The translations under genes were made by a program, and so were the position numbers. A DNA stretch of 64,000 nt from Carcharhinus longimanus (lineage: Eukaryota), in the NCBI GenBank assembly GCA_030264375.1, contig JASCQW010000043.1, positions 65,275,986-65,339,985 of the forward strand, given 5' to 3'. Shown one piece after another: positions 1 to 11,889 of this stretch (position 1 is its first letter; every line of letters begins with the position of its first letter). The notes under the pieces are model-generated. The model ran no database searches, was not told where the DNA came from, and was given only the letters and a program-made list of their open reading frames with translations.

Positions 1-2187
1 CTCAGTTGCAACAGAGAAATGGCTGTCAGTTCATTCTTAAAAGTTAATTGGGGGATGTGGATTGTGGCATAAATTTGATGATAGCTCAAGCAACAGTTGA
101 CTGGATTTTTGAGGAGATACAGGAAGAACAGTAATGCTCCTCCTGCCCCCAAAAATTCATCATAAACCTATTATTTGACCTTGACTGAACAGCCACCTGT
201 GAATTCTTAGAAGGTAATGGGAGGGATAATTGGGAGGCATGTACAAGGGGTGGCCTGTACAATATTGTCAATTTTGCACCGTTGCCTATAATTACAACTG
301 TTCCCAGTTTCTCTTGATCTTTTCTGAACCTATGCTGATTCCTTCTACTGCTCGGGCACCAGGCTTTATTATGGCATTATTAATGTGATGCATTATTGCA
401 GTCAAGTCTGAACCATGTAGTGCAAATCCATTTAATTGCTGCCCAACAAACCCTTAACAAGCACAAAAATTGTTAACAGAATAGCTATCTATTAACCTGT
501 ATTATACCAGTGTGTGTGGACAGAAGTCTTCAAATCTTGAATAATTATGTAGGATTTTGTCACACTTTAAGGTATGCTTTCCTGGTGCATTCCAGTACAT
601 TGAGAAATTTAACTCTTACAACTGAGAGTTTCACAATCATTCATACTGGTGGAGGAAAGCACTCAGTAAACTGAAATGCTTCCTACAGAGATAGAACAAA
701 ACTAGAAGGAAGTCACTCTGACTCTAGTTTGCATATTGTCACAGTTGTGAGGATATTCTTTATGCACCCCTTTGGCTAGAAGCTGGGGTGTAATAACAAG
801 GGCCTAATAACTAGTAGAATATAATAAATAAAATGTGCTAGGCCCTTGGGAATCTGATACACTTGCCTATGTATGCTCATTTAATTAATTAACAATTATG
901 TTGAATAGATCTAGGCCATATAACTACTGTACCCTGACAATAACGTGCTGGAAGGAGGTTTATTTTTGTTTTTTACTACACTTATATGTCTAATTAGCTT
1001 TTTGTGGTTTCTGAAAACTAAGCCTAAGCTATACTGTTTTCATTTGCAACCGCTATAAAATATTTATCTACCAGCTACTCTGCAGGAATTGTATGAAACT
1101 TCTATTCATAGACATTTTAAAATTGGATGTTATTAAGGTTCAAACGTTGACGTAACTTTTTCTATTTAGCAATTTTTTTTAGTGAGAAAAGACACTGACA
1201 ACCCCTAATTATATGTGTTTCATTGCAGACAGTGCAATGATTTCCTCCTAGGTGGAAATCAAAAAGCCTGAAGCAAATATCTAACTAGGAGAAGGAGTCA
1301 TAAAAGTGTATGCTGGACTAACCTTGCAGGTAATAGCATTACATACAGACTGAAGTTGATGTGGGACCAATAATAAATGATAGACTTGACCCCTATAAGC
1401 TAAAGTCCTTGGCCACTTTCTATATCAGGATATGTCAGTCCCAAGAGGAAAGGCAAAGTTTAACAGCTTTATCTCCAATCCATGCTTCAAGGATTAAACC
1501 AAAAGATTTTTGCCTGAAGAGCAAATTTCTCAAAGTAAATATGTATAGCTATATGTTTGTGCATATTTATACTTCATCAGTGGAGCAGAATTATTGTTGA
1601 TTTATAACTTTGTACTCAGACCTGAGTAAGAAAATGTCAACACCTGGCTGTTTTAATTAATTTGTGAAATATCTAGTCATCACTACTGGAAAGACTAACA
1701 GTTCAACTGTCCTCCATTTATTCACACAGTATCAATATGTTCAGCGTGTGTGTGAAATTTTAGTAAAGCATAGGAAACGTATCTGGCTGCGCTGTGAAAA
1801 TTGAGTGCATGTACTCTAATGAAGGAAGAAGTTTTAATTAACAAACAGAATAAATAATGAAGACACCGCCAGTGATATATTAAATATGCTATTACACTGG
1901 TGACTTTTATTAGACCTTACAGGCCGAGATGAAAACAACAGGACAGGGCTGCCTCTGGCATTATTTTGGTAACGATTGCACTGATAAGAACTGATAAGGT
2001 CATCGTCTCTTCAATGTTTCATGAGATAAGGTCAAAATATTTAATTTAAAATCATCAACTACATGAATGGATAATTGCAGTGTAAGCTAATTAATTGTCA
2101 TCAGTTGTTTTTTATCTTATTCAAATAGAAGAAAAATATTAATAATTGCTTACGCTGTTGTAATGTCTCTTATTTTCTGATGCAAAG

Positions 2188-2552
2188 GAGTTTGCACGCT
2201 CTCTTCATGTCTGCATAAGTTTCCTCAGGTGTTCCAATTTCCCCTCCACATTCCAATGATGTGTGGGTTAGGTGGATTGACCATGCTAAATTGCCCCTTA
2301 GTGTCAGGAGGATTAGCAGGTTAAATGCATGAGGTCATGGGGATGGGTTGGATTGTTGTCAGTGCAAGTTTGTTGGGCCAAATGGCCTNNNNNNNNNNNN
2401 NNNNNNNNNNNNNNNNNNNNNNNNNNNNNNNNNNNNNNNNNNNNNNNNNNNNNNNNNNNNNNNNNNNNNNNNNNNNNNNNNNNNNNNNGTTGTCAGTGCA
2501 AGTTTGTTGGGCCAAATGGCCTTCTTCTGCACCGTAAGGATTCTATGATTCT
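2188..2552 (+). mobile_element. HE1-type V-SINE, 5'-truncated, CR1/HER1-type tail
   Basis: GAGTTTGCAC..GGTTAGGTGGATTGACCATGCTAAATTGCCCCTTAGTG body; ends GGGCCAAATGGCCT..GATTCTATGATTCT; spans a 100-N gap. Confidence 0.85.
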
Positions 2553-4230
2553 TTGAACTGTTTTCGTTTTAACTATGCTCAAGTTGCAACAGGAGTAATT
2601 TAACTTACATACTATTCTCTCCAAATGAAGAAGTGTTGTTGTTTGAAGCTTATACTTGTAACATCGAAACCCCCACCCACTGTCAAAAAAAAGCCATTAA
2701 TCCTCCAAGAGTAAACCTTTATATAAAAGGTTCTTAGTTTTTTTCAAACTCAGGGCCTTGATAGGATGCTCACTATAAATAGGTGGTAGCATAGCTTTAA
2801 AGCTTGATATATCTTGCATTAAACCTTCAAAGCTTTGTTTGTCTGCGCATTTGAAGACACAGTGAGCAAATGTGAACTGGGGAAGTGTGATAGGGGCCAG
2901 ACATACAGGAACTGGGTTTGGTAACAAATCTCCAAACTTGACATTTGAACATTAAGGCAACATTAAACAAATTTATTGCTGAAGCTCTGTTAAAGCTCAA
3001 ATTTTTATGCAGTGAGGATGTGTGCAGCATATGTCATTAACTGGGCACTGTGAAAATTACTTTCTCAAATAATTCTTTAAATTCAAGGTCGGGGTAATGA
3101 CATAAAATTTTTGAGAATGCTCCATTAGGTGAAAATGAATATATTTAAGGCTGATTATCCAGTTAAGTGCACCTGTAGTCCCAGCACTGATCAGGCGAGC
3201 TCAGGGAAAGGCAGTTGGCCGAATAGGCCTTAGGCTTGTTTCTCATCTAATGTGCCAAGAGCACCATTCGAGCTTTTACACAGAGAGCTATGCACATTTT
3301 TCATGTGTAGCTCTCATGAATGATTCACAAATTATGTCACTTGCCTGTTGTCATCAGTTTAATCCAGTTAAAATAAAAATTGCATTTAAGGCCCTTTTGG
3401 CAATCATGGAGATTGCATTTTTAGAGGAGAGTGGAATTATTATTATAGGATTTTGTTGTGTTTACTGTTTTTCAGTTCTTTTGCATTCTTTAAATTTAAA
3501 TTGCATTTGCTCTTTGTTTTAGTTGAGGCTTTTTGTTGTATTTTTCACTCTATTTGCAGCCCATATTTTCTATCTGTGACCTGTTGCCTACTGCAGGTTA
3601 GTTTTGCATAACCAAATTCTGAAGAAGATTATCTTGCTGGGAATACCTTTCAATCATTGCATTTTGAATTGAGAAAGAATTTATGTGAGAAATATATATT
3701 TACACCTTAGATGCTGTTGCTGGAATCAACTCAGGCTCCCATTTCTACCTTCACATTCCTGAAAACATGAATTTTTGCTTTTAACTGGAGAAAGTTTTTG
3801 TGTTCTTTTACTTGGGCACATTAAGTTAACAAGATACATAGTATAGCTGAAAATTATATAGCTATTGAAGAACCTGTCCAATTTTGCTGAACAGCATCAC
3901 CTGAAGTCCACAACATGGTACCAATACTTGTGTAAGCACACTTCTTCAACCTCCTTTCAGAGCACTAAATATCACCAAATTCACATTGATCCCATATTGT
4001 CGACACTCACAATATCATGAAATGGTCCATATGATTTTTATGATTGAATATTCCATCAGAAAAGAAGAACGAGAAAGAGAGGGTTTTTTACAATGTCATC
4101 AATCATCTGCATTAAGAAAAAGACAAAATGAATATATAATTGTTCAAATTGCATGTTAGGACTACTATTATGTCTAGTTGCCAATGACTTTAATTCTGAA
4201 AAGCAATGTAAATTGGTCACACTTACAGAT

Positions 4231-4566
4231 AATCATAGAATCCATAAAAACAGAGGAAGCCATTTGACCCATCGAGTCTGCACCAAATCTCTGAAAGAGC
4301 ATCTTACCCAGACCCATCCTCCTTCCCCCCGCCCTCTCTCCATAGCACCACACATTTACCATGGACTATCCATCTAACCTACACATCGTTGGACACTAAG
4401 GGGCAATTTAACATGACCAATCCACCTAATCTCCACATCTCTGGACTCTGGGAGGAAATCGGAGCATCCTGAGGAAATCCTCAGACAGTAAGTAACCCAA
4501 GGCTAGAATTAAACTCAGGTGCCTGGCATGTGAGGCAGCCATGTTAACCACTGTGCCACCATGCTG
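4231..4566 (-). mobile_element. HE1-type V-SINE, near full length
   Basis: Reverse complement of the SINE at 21221: CATAGAATC tail at left, tRNA-like head (..AACCACTGTGCCACCATGCTGC) at right. Confidence 0.85.
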
Positions 4567-4859
4567 CTCCTGGAATAATACAGTATTAGGACGGGTAAGA
4601 AAGAAGATCAGAAACCTCCGAATAAGTAAAGTTAGTATATGAGTGGATTGAATGCAGACTAGTGTGGTGTCAGAGGCAAAAAAAATTGATGTTTTATGAA
4701 TAGCGCTGACATAGCTAAGGATTAAGTTAAATCAGATCTAAGTGTCTCTGGCTGAACATGTCCAGGCAATTCGTATATCTTTGCTCCAACCTCAGCCGCT
4801 CTGCCAGTGCCAACCCTATCCATACCTCTAGGCACAGCGGCAATCAACAGAATCAATGG

Positions 4860-5160
4860 AAGTATTGAACTACATGGTCAGACAGTAGAATAAGAGTCAC
4901 TAGAAGTCAGGATCAAACTACACGGTTCTTTGGTCAAATCACATCTTGACGACTGTGTCCATTTTTGTTTCTCTATAAATAAGGGAGAGGGTCAGACATC
5001 AGAGGTAAAAAGAAATACAAGAGGGATTTTGCTTTCTGAGCCTGGAAAGGGGGCAACTCAGAGGTGATTGCACAGAGATATAAAACAGTAAATGGCACAG
5101 AGAAAAGTTAATTCAGAGCATTAAGTTAAACAGTCAGTGTAGGATAAGGGTCATTGTGAC
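4860..5160 (+). mobile_element. Old, decayed CR1 LINE ORF2 3' fragment
   Basis: Degenerate LVxxHLxxCVHF (CR1 LVRPHLEYCVQFW) and SLERGQLRGD (CR1 SLERRRLRGD) motifs. Confidence 0.55.
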
Positions 5161-5256
5161 ATTCTTGTGAACAAAGTATGATACAATATAAAGCAGACCA
5201 CTGCACATGGTATTAAAAGATTGGGTAGAATCTGATGTTCCCCTACCTGCATGTTA

Positions 5257-5514
5257 GCACATTGGCAGCACTGCTGCCTCACCTCCCAACTTTGATCACT
5301 ATCTGTGTGGAATCTGCACGTTTAACCCGTGTCTGCATGGGTTTCCTCCAGGTGCTCTTATTTCCTCCTACAGTCTGAAAGATGTGCTGATTAGGTGGAT
5401 TGACCAAGCTAAGTTCTCTCTCAGTGTACCCGAACAGGCGCTAGAGTGAGGCAATTAGGGGATTTTCACAGTAACTTCATTGCATTGTTAATGTAAGCCT
5501 ACTTGTGACACTAA
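5257..5514 (+). mobile_element. V-SINE with alternative 'type B' 3' tail
   Basis: HE1-like body followed by AGGGGATTTTCACAGTAACTTCATTGCATTGTTAATGTAAGCCTACTTGTGACACTAA, running into the gap. Confidence 0.85.
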
Positions 5515-5614
5515 NNNNNNNNNNNNNNNNNNNNNNNNNNNNNNNNNNNNNNNNNNNNNNNNNNNNNNNNNNNNNNNNNNNNNNNNNNNNNNNNNNNNNN
5601 NNNNNNNNNNNNNN

Positions 5615-6210
5615 GGTCAGAGGTAGGAATACAGCAGCGAGGAACTCAACTCCTGACTCCCCAGAGCCGAAACATCATCTACAAGGCACAAGTCAGGAGT
5701 GTGATGGAATACTCCCCGTTTGCTTGGATGGGTACAGCTCCAACAACACTCAAGGAGCTTGACATCATCCAGGACAAAGCAGCCCACTTGATTGGTACCC
5801 CTTCCACGTTCAATCCCTCCACCATCGATGCTCAGTAGCAGCAGTGTGTACTATCTACAAAATGCACTGCAGCAATTCACCAAAGACCCTTAGCCAGCAC
5901 CTTCCAAACCCACAATCACTTCCATCTAGAAGGACAAGGGCAGCAGATACATGTGAACACCATCACCTGCAAGATCCCCCCCAAGCTACTCACCATCCTG
6001 TCTTGGAAATATATTGCCATTCCTTCGCAGTGTCTGGGTCAAAATCCTGGAATTTCCTCCCAACTGCTTTGTGGGTCAATCCACAGCACGTGGACTGCAG
6101 CGATTCAAGGAGGCAGCTCACCCTCACCTTCTCAAGGGTGCTCAACTAGGGTTGGGCAATAATTGCTGGTCAGCCAGCAACGCCCATGTTCCACGAATAA
6201 ATTTTAAAAA
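5615..6210 (+). mobile_element. CR1/L2-group LINE 3' end (ORF2 C-terminus and 3' UTR)
   Basis: Reads IYKAQVRSVMEYSPFAWMGTAPTTLKELDIIQDKAAHLIG; second copy at 23530-24095; A-rich terminus. Confidence 0.8.
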
Positions 6211-6553
6211 TTACCATATGTCATCTGTGAATTTACTGATCATGCCTCCCACATTATCATCTAGATCATTAATGTTTTTTTTCTCCTTTCCCTGCGCTGC
6301 CAGTTTTCTCTTCAATCTCTTCCTATCGAAGGTGTTTCCTGTATTTACTCTTGCACTCCGTAAAAACAGCAGAACACTTTTAAAATAGGAGCTCTCAACT
6401 GTACGCCCATTTGGAAAAGTTTGCAGAGGAGAGCTACAGGAATTATTCCCAAATGAAAGCTTTGTTTATTTGTCCTATTTGCTTTACAGCAACACAGTCT
6501 GAAAGGTAACCGGTTAGATGTGTCCATAAAATTATTAAAAGGGAGACATGTAA

Positions 6554-6862
6554 GCAGCACGGTGGCACAATGATTAGCACTGCTGCCTCACAGCACCAGG
6601 GACCCAGGTTTGATTGCTGGCTTGGATCACTGTCTGTGCGGAGTCTGCACAGTCTCCCCATGTCTGCATGGGTTTCCTCCAGCTGCTCCGGTTTCTTTCC
6701 ACAGTCTGACAGATGTGCTGGATGTCCAGATGCATTGGCCGTGCTAAATTCTCCCTCAGTGTACCCGATTCCAGAGTGTGGCAACTAGGGGATTTTCACA
6801 GTAACTTCATTGCATTGTTAATTTAAGCCTACTTGTGACACTAATAAATAAATTTAAACTTA
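6554..6862 (+). mobile_element. Full-length V-SINE with type B tail
   Basis: tRNA-like head GCAGCACGGTGGCACAATGATTAGCACTGCTGCCTCACAGC with degenerate B box; V-SINE body; tail ends GTGACACTAATAAATAAATTTAAACTT. Confidence 0.88.
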
Positions 6863-7859
6863 AAATGCAGTTTGTAGATGGAAGGTGCTGTAGAATTCTT
6901 CAGATAGCCTTCCCATTGGGTATTCCCAACCTCTCTGCCATTTTACAGTGGGAATGGTTAGGCTAAGCTGCACACCCCCTCCTCTCCAACAGCCCCATCC
7001 AATTGAGGATATTAAGTGGCCAACTAATGACTATTTAAGGGTTGTTTCTGTCCAGCCTCTAGAGTTTTGGGAGGGTGGAAAGCCTGAGGAAGGATCCTGC
7101 TCAGGCACTGAACATGAACATGAAGATGAGATGAGGTGAGGGAGGTGTGCGTGCGTGCGTGTGTGTATGCCTGAGCAATGGCGCCCCTAGAGTTCAGCAA
7201 CCAATTTCCCACCTTGAATAGGCTCTGCCCACTCCCCCTGATGGTGAGAATCAAATTTGACCTGATTGTTGTTTTCCTAAGTGTTGTATGATTGCAAATT
7301 GGAGCCCACCCAAAAATGAGTGCGATTCTCTCCTGTTTTCAGCTTGTTCGGCACTTAGAATATTTTTGGTAAGGTCGGCTCCTGAGTCTCTGATGTTATA
7401 AATTCCTCTTCCATGAGTCATGGCTATTCAGGGAAAGTTTTGTCCATTTAAAAAAACAATAAAAGTAATTGTAGTCTGCGTGATGTAGTTAAATATTTAT
7501 TTTCCATCCCATTCAGCTGGGGTACTCACTTATAAATGCATATTATTTGAGTGCATCTGTCAATCCTTCTCTGGACTCATGGTGTCATCCTCATCATTCT
7601 GTTATTATCAAGTTGATCTTGAGATAACCCAATTCCTGCAATCTCTCCCTTAGTCAAAGATTGCATAATGGAATGATTATAGGTACTGGACTGTGATAAC
7701 AATGGAATATTGATCCTACTCACCACGGGATTGTAGAAGGTGGGACATGGACCATCCAAAGGTCCATTGACCTTGGGCAAGATTTTCCAGTTTTGAGGTG
7801 AGCGTGGCCAGAAAATCCCACTACTAGAATCCAATATATTTGCACATTCCATTGATCTG

Positions 7860-9425
7860 CCTTTTGCATACTCAAGGAGTTTGGTTTGCCAGATTCGTGG
7901 GATGACATGAAAACCTTTAAATTCTTTGTCAATATTATCATCTTTGATGAACATTGCTGTGAGCCAAACGTTATGCCAGTCTTTGTTCAAAGTGTCTTTA
8001 TTAACAAGGCACCTGGCATTAGCAGAAGCGCATAAGGTGTATTCAACCATATTGTTTATAAACATTCTGCCTTTGATTGACAGATGGATCATTTACCCAC
8101 TAGCTATGAAGTTTGAGTTCCTTTTTCCTAACCTCAATGTTTACAAAGCACTTGAGATACATTCAACTGTGAAAAAGAAAGAAAAACAAAGCTCCTGGCT
8201 AGTGGGTAAGTGATCCAACCTGTCAATCAGAGCACTTCAGAGGAGCCAGACACCAGGTGCAACTCTTTCTAACTAATGTTAAAAGGGGATCTTCCCAGTG
8301 AATCTGACATCTTGCTGTCCATCAAAGTACTTCAAAGAAGTTTCAGAGCAGACGGATTTCATGAGAGAAAGCAAGAGGATCTCCCTGGTAAAGCTGACAA
8401 GTGCTTTCTATAAGAGCTTTCTAAAAAAGTAATTTAACAAGAAGGAGCTTATAACATTAACCATGGCCAACCCTACTATGATGATTTGAAGGGTTCCAGG
8501 TTTTCTGGGGGGCATGGTTTTTAATGTGGGTAGTCTGTGTCAAAGATTTTAAAGGACAAGGACAATTATGAGTATCTTTACCAGATTTGTGTCTGAAATC
8601 ACCATCCTAAGAGTGAATGCCTCTTTTTCAATTCTAGCAATCCAACAATGAGCATGTGCCTCTAATATTAAACAGCTATGAAACCAATAAAAAAACACGT
8701 CCCTAGTTAACCAGGCTCTCTTATTCACATAATAGTGAACAGATTAGATCAAATATCCTTGCCAGCCACATTGACACAACCAAGGACAGTCATTATATCC
8801 TTAGCATCCTTAACACCTATTGAAGCGCCTTCGCAGCCATTGAATTGCAATTTCCCTGGGCAGAACAGATACATTTTGTCAGCATTGTAAATTTGTTCAC
8901 ATGTAAGGTTCTTTTCTGAAATTAGCAGCAAAAACTCATCAATAATGTTTTCAATGGCATCATGATCTGCAGATGCTTTATCACCACAAACTTTCAAAAA
9001 CATGATACCATGGTGCTTCTTGAATTTCTGCAACTAACCTGTTGAGTATTCACATGCACCTTTAAACCTCAGTTCCTTGTCATAGATCTCAGCTTGCTGC
9101 ATGATCAATGGGCTAGTCAGCAGAAACCTTTCACTCATGCACCAATGAATCCATTCCGTCATCCGCATAATTTTTTTACCTATGCAAATTTTCTTATTAA
9201 GTTTTGGAATCATTTTCAATATAAAATGTTAACAATTCTGCCTGCTTCTTTAAATTGTATTTGGTAATGATACCCACCCCTTACTCCTCACTCTTTTGGC
9301 ACATAAATGCACCATGGTCAAGTTTCTGCAACAACTCTGCCTTCTTCACAATTGGCCATGAACTATGTTTCTTTTTCCTTTTCTCATTGTTAGCCCAAAG
9401 GGTATCTAATAGTCTTTTTGACAAG
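7860..9425 (-). pseudogene. Tigger/pogo (Tc1/mariner superfamily, CENP-B/DDE_1 type) transposase relic
   Basis: Fragments QKFKKHHGIMFLKVCGDKASADH..EQIYNAD, TVLGCVNVAG, VHYYVNKRAWLTRDVF and C-terminal KDTLNKDWHNVW..EFKGFHV; broken by stops, frameshifts and unrelated sequence at ~8070-8600. Confidence 0.85.
8071..8232. repeat. Inverted repeat, 34-35 bp arms, 93 bp spacer
   Basis: CTTTGATTGACAGATGGATCATTTACCCACTAGC (8071-8104) pairs with GCTAGTGGGTAAGTGATCCAACCTGTCAATCAGAG (8198-8232). Confidence 0.8.
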
Positions 9426-9452
9426 GTAGACAGTGCAGACAAACAACTAGAC

Positions 9453-9687
9453 TTTCTGTGCTAAAAGTTGAGTGCGCTTGATGGGGTTCATATTGATTTT
9501 GATCATGTCCACTTGATTAGAGATATCCTGCGTTAAAGGTTGGTGCAGTTGGCAATGTTCGTGTTGGCCTGGTCGTGTTAGCCTGGTTCAGGGACTTCCT
9601 GTGCTAAAGGTCAGGTGCAGTTGATAAAGTTCATGTGGGCTTGAGTGATGTTGGCTCAGGTCTGGGAATTCCTGCACTAAAGGTCAA
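9453..9687. repeat. Degenerate ~72-bp tandem repeat, about 3.3 copies
   Basis: T(C/T)CTG(T/C)GCTAAAGGT..GTGCAGTTG..GTTC-like unit starts at 9454, 9526, 9597 and 9670. Confidence 0.75.
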
Positions 9688-10287
9688 TGATTTTCAAAAA
9701 AAATGTTGTTTTTGAATGCGTTAACTTTTCCATTTATGGATAAGGGTACTTGCTCTGAATTCTCCTTCTAGTCTCCCTCTTCTGTTTTATGTGTGTGGCA
9801 GATTTCAGTCAACAAAATGCACAATGTAATTTTCAATATGTTACATCCTTTCCCAGTAAATGAAAAATATGGTATTATTCAATGACTTGTTTAAAATTGT
9901 CAAAGATAAATGTAAGATAACTTGAACATCCAACTTTATCAGTAATGATATTACATATGTAAACATTTGTATTAATTTTTAAGGCACTTCGATATATACG
10001 ATGAGGTTAAAGATTTGTTTTTCTTTGTCTCAAGTTCTCTTTCCAAAAGCAGGTCTTTGGTGATTAATTGCCAAACCATGGAAAAGTACCACGAATGTTT
10101 ACCATGGGTAGGGTGCAGAGGCAGGCCTTGGCCCCAAAAGTATGTTCATCAACTGCTAACAGTTCTCCTTGCAACATTATCACTAAGAATTGTGGGCCTT
10201 TACTCTCATGAGTAAGATGGGACATTGGGTGTGGCCTCATTTAGCTCAGAGTCTTTATCTGAGATGTTGCTTGTGATTGAATTCAAT

Positions 10288-11298
10288 GGGCTGAATTTTA
10301 TGGCCTCATTCAGAGAATCGGAGAATAACGCATTTATTGTGATCACTTGTGAAACACACTTAGCAGTGATCATTGATCCTTTTGTGTTGGTCACAGCAGA
10401 TGGATGGATATCATAAAGGATTGTTTTCTTTCTAACATGAACATCAGGCGAATCTGCCAGCTCACTGTACTGCTCTAGTGGGGCTGATTTCAATATTTAA
10501 ATTAACATTTTAATGTCCTGGGCCAGCTATTGTCGGCCCCGGCCCTTCTGCCAGCAGTGGTTCATTTTAGAGGGGTTTACAACTGCACCCCACTAATAGG
10601 AACAGGTGATTGACTGCACTGGATGGAGCAAGGCCATTGACGCTCACCAGAATGTTGGGCAGTGACAAAGGGGTGGAGCCAGAGGGAGACAGGGCGTATG
10701 GGGTTGGGGGAGGAATCCTGCTGCCACTTTGCACAGGGATCGCAGATAGAGGGAGTGTGGACAGTGATTGGGGCTAGCCATCTGGATATAACAAGCCAGA
10801 ACGGGGAGGTCGGGGCTGCCAGAGGGTTGGGTGTGCTCATGACTGCCAGGAGAGAGGGGAGGGATGGGGAGATCAGATCTGCCAGGATTTGGGGAGCTCG
10901 GGGCTGGCCAGGGGCTGGTGGAGGAAATCATCAGGGCTGGCTCAGAGATGCCTCAGGGAGGCCAGCAGGGCAGTGGGGAGGGTCATTAGGCCAGTGATGG
11001 GGAGGTTGTGGGGCTGGCCAGCGATCTGGAGGCCAGCAGTGCAGGGCACTGTGCGTGTGCTGATCTCGGCGCTGATATGTCGCGCATGTGCAGTGGGCCA
11101 CTCAGCGCTATGCTCCTGGCCTCTCCAGTAGGAATAGGCCCTGCCCATTGATTTTTAGAGGGAATCCCGCTAGGGTACTCTGCAGTGCTCAGAGTGTCAG
11201 AAATTCAATCTGAAAATCCCACTTAAAATAAAACAATGGGAGTTATTCCCGTTTTCGCGCAAATTGAGGACTTAGGATTTTTTTGGGAGAATCCCGGC
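10288..11298. mobile_element. Probable non-autonomous PIF/Harbinger-type element
   Basis: Ends GGGCTGAATTTT.. and ..GGGAGAATCCCGGC resemble the GG-N-GAATT/GATT termini of the Harbinger relics in this window; G-rich interior with no credible protein. Confidence 0.5.
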
Positions 11299-11568
11299 TT
11301 TCATGTTTCACAAGCACTATATCTCCTAGGTTTAGTGGTGCAGCTCTGAATTTCATTTTCCATTTTGTATTTGCTGTCATTCGATCCTTTCACTCTCAGT
11401 CACCTTCACGCATATATTGATAGTTCAATAAAACGTGCACATATGGTGTGCCGAGAAGAGTGTAGCTAGAGCCTTTTTCAGATGTTGAGTGAGGAGTTAC
11501 TCTATAGTTACGAAGAAAGCAATACAACACTGCTTTGATTTCCTCTCAGCTATAACTGTACATATCAC

Positions 11569-11763
11569 GGCTAGACTTCTCCAGCTGCTCACGCAAGAGG
11601 GATTCTTCAACCCCGCCGGCAATGCTCTCCCACTCGTACGTTTCCCACTGGCTTGAGGTGACATTAACGGGAATCCCTATTGACAGAAGCGGGACCAGAG
11701 AACGCTGCCATAAGCAAGCAACACAGGGAAAGATGTGGCTGGGAGACCAACGAATCTTGCCCA
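11569..11763. mobile_element. Palindromic MITE (same family as 59785-59993), probably Harbinger-derived
   Basis: Shares GTGACATTAA(C/T)GGGAAT(C/T)CC.ATTGACAG core and CTTGCCCATT end with the copy at 59785. Confidence 0.65.
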
Positions 11764-11889
11764 TTTCCTTCAAGATACGCATAGATCTCGTAGCCAAAAT
11801 AAGTGAAGCCTAGGGCATGTGCAAATTTACTGAGTGAAGCCTCGGTAATGCACAAATTTACTGAAATCTTGACTGTTGAATGGGGTTTA

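Noticed and set aside
2355-2522. Identical 34-bp direct repeat on both sides of a 100-N gap
   Set aside because: Most simply overlapping contig ends inside one SINE, i.e. a scaffolding artefact
7109-7168. Short (TGAACA)n, (GATGA)n and (TGCG)n runs
   Set aside because: Ordinary short microsatellites
7577-8092. 171-aa ORF as a possible host gene
   Set aside because: Its recognisable part is the Tigger transposase C-terminus; the rest is read-through with no motif or splice support
10577-11148. Cluster of overlapping ORFs in G-rich DNA
   Set aside because: Stop-poor composition inside a non-autonomous element; no domain recognised
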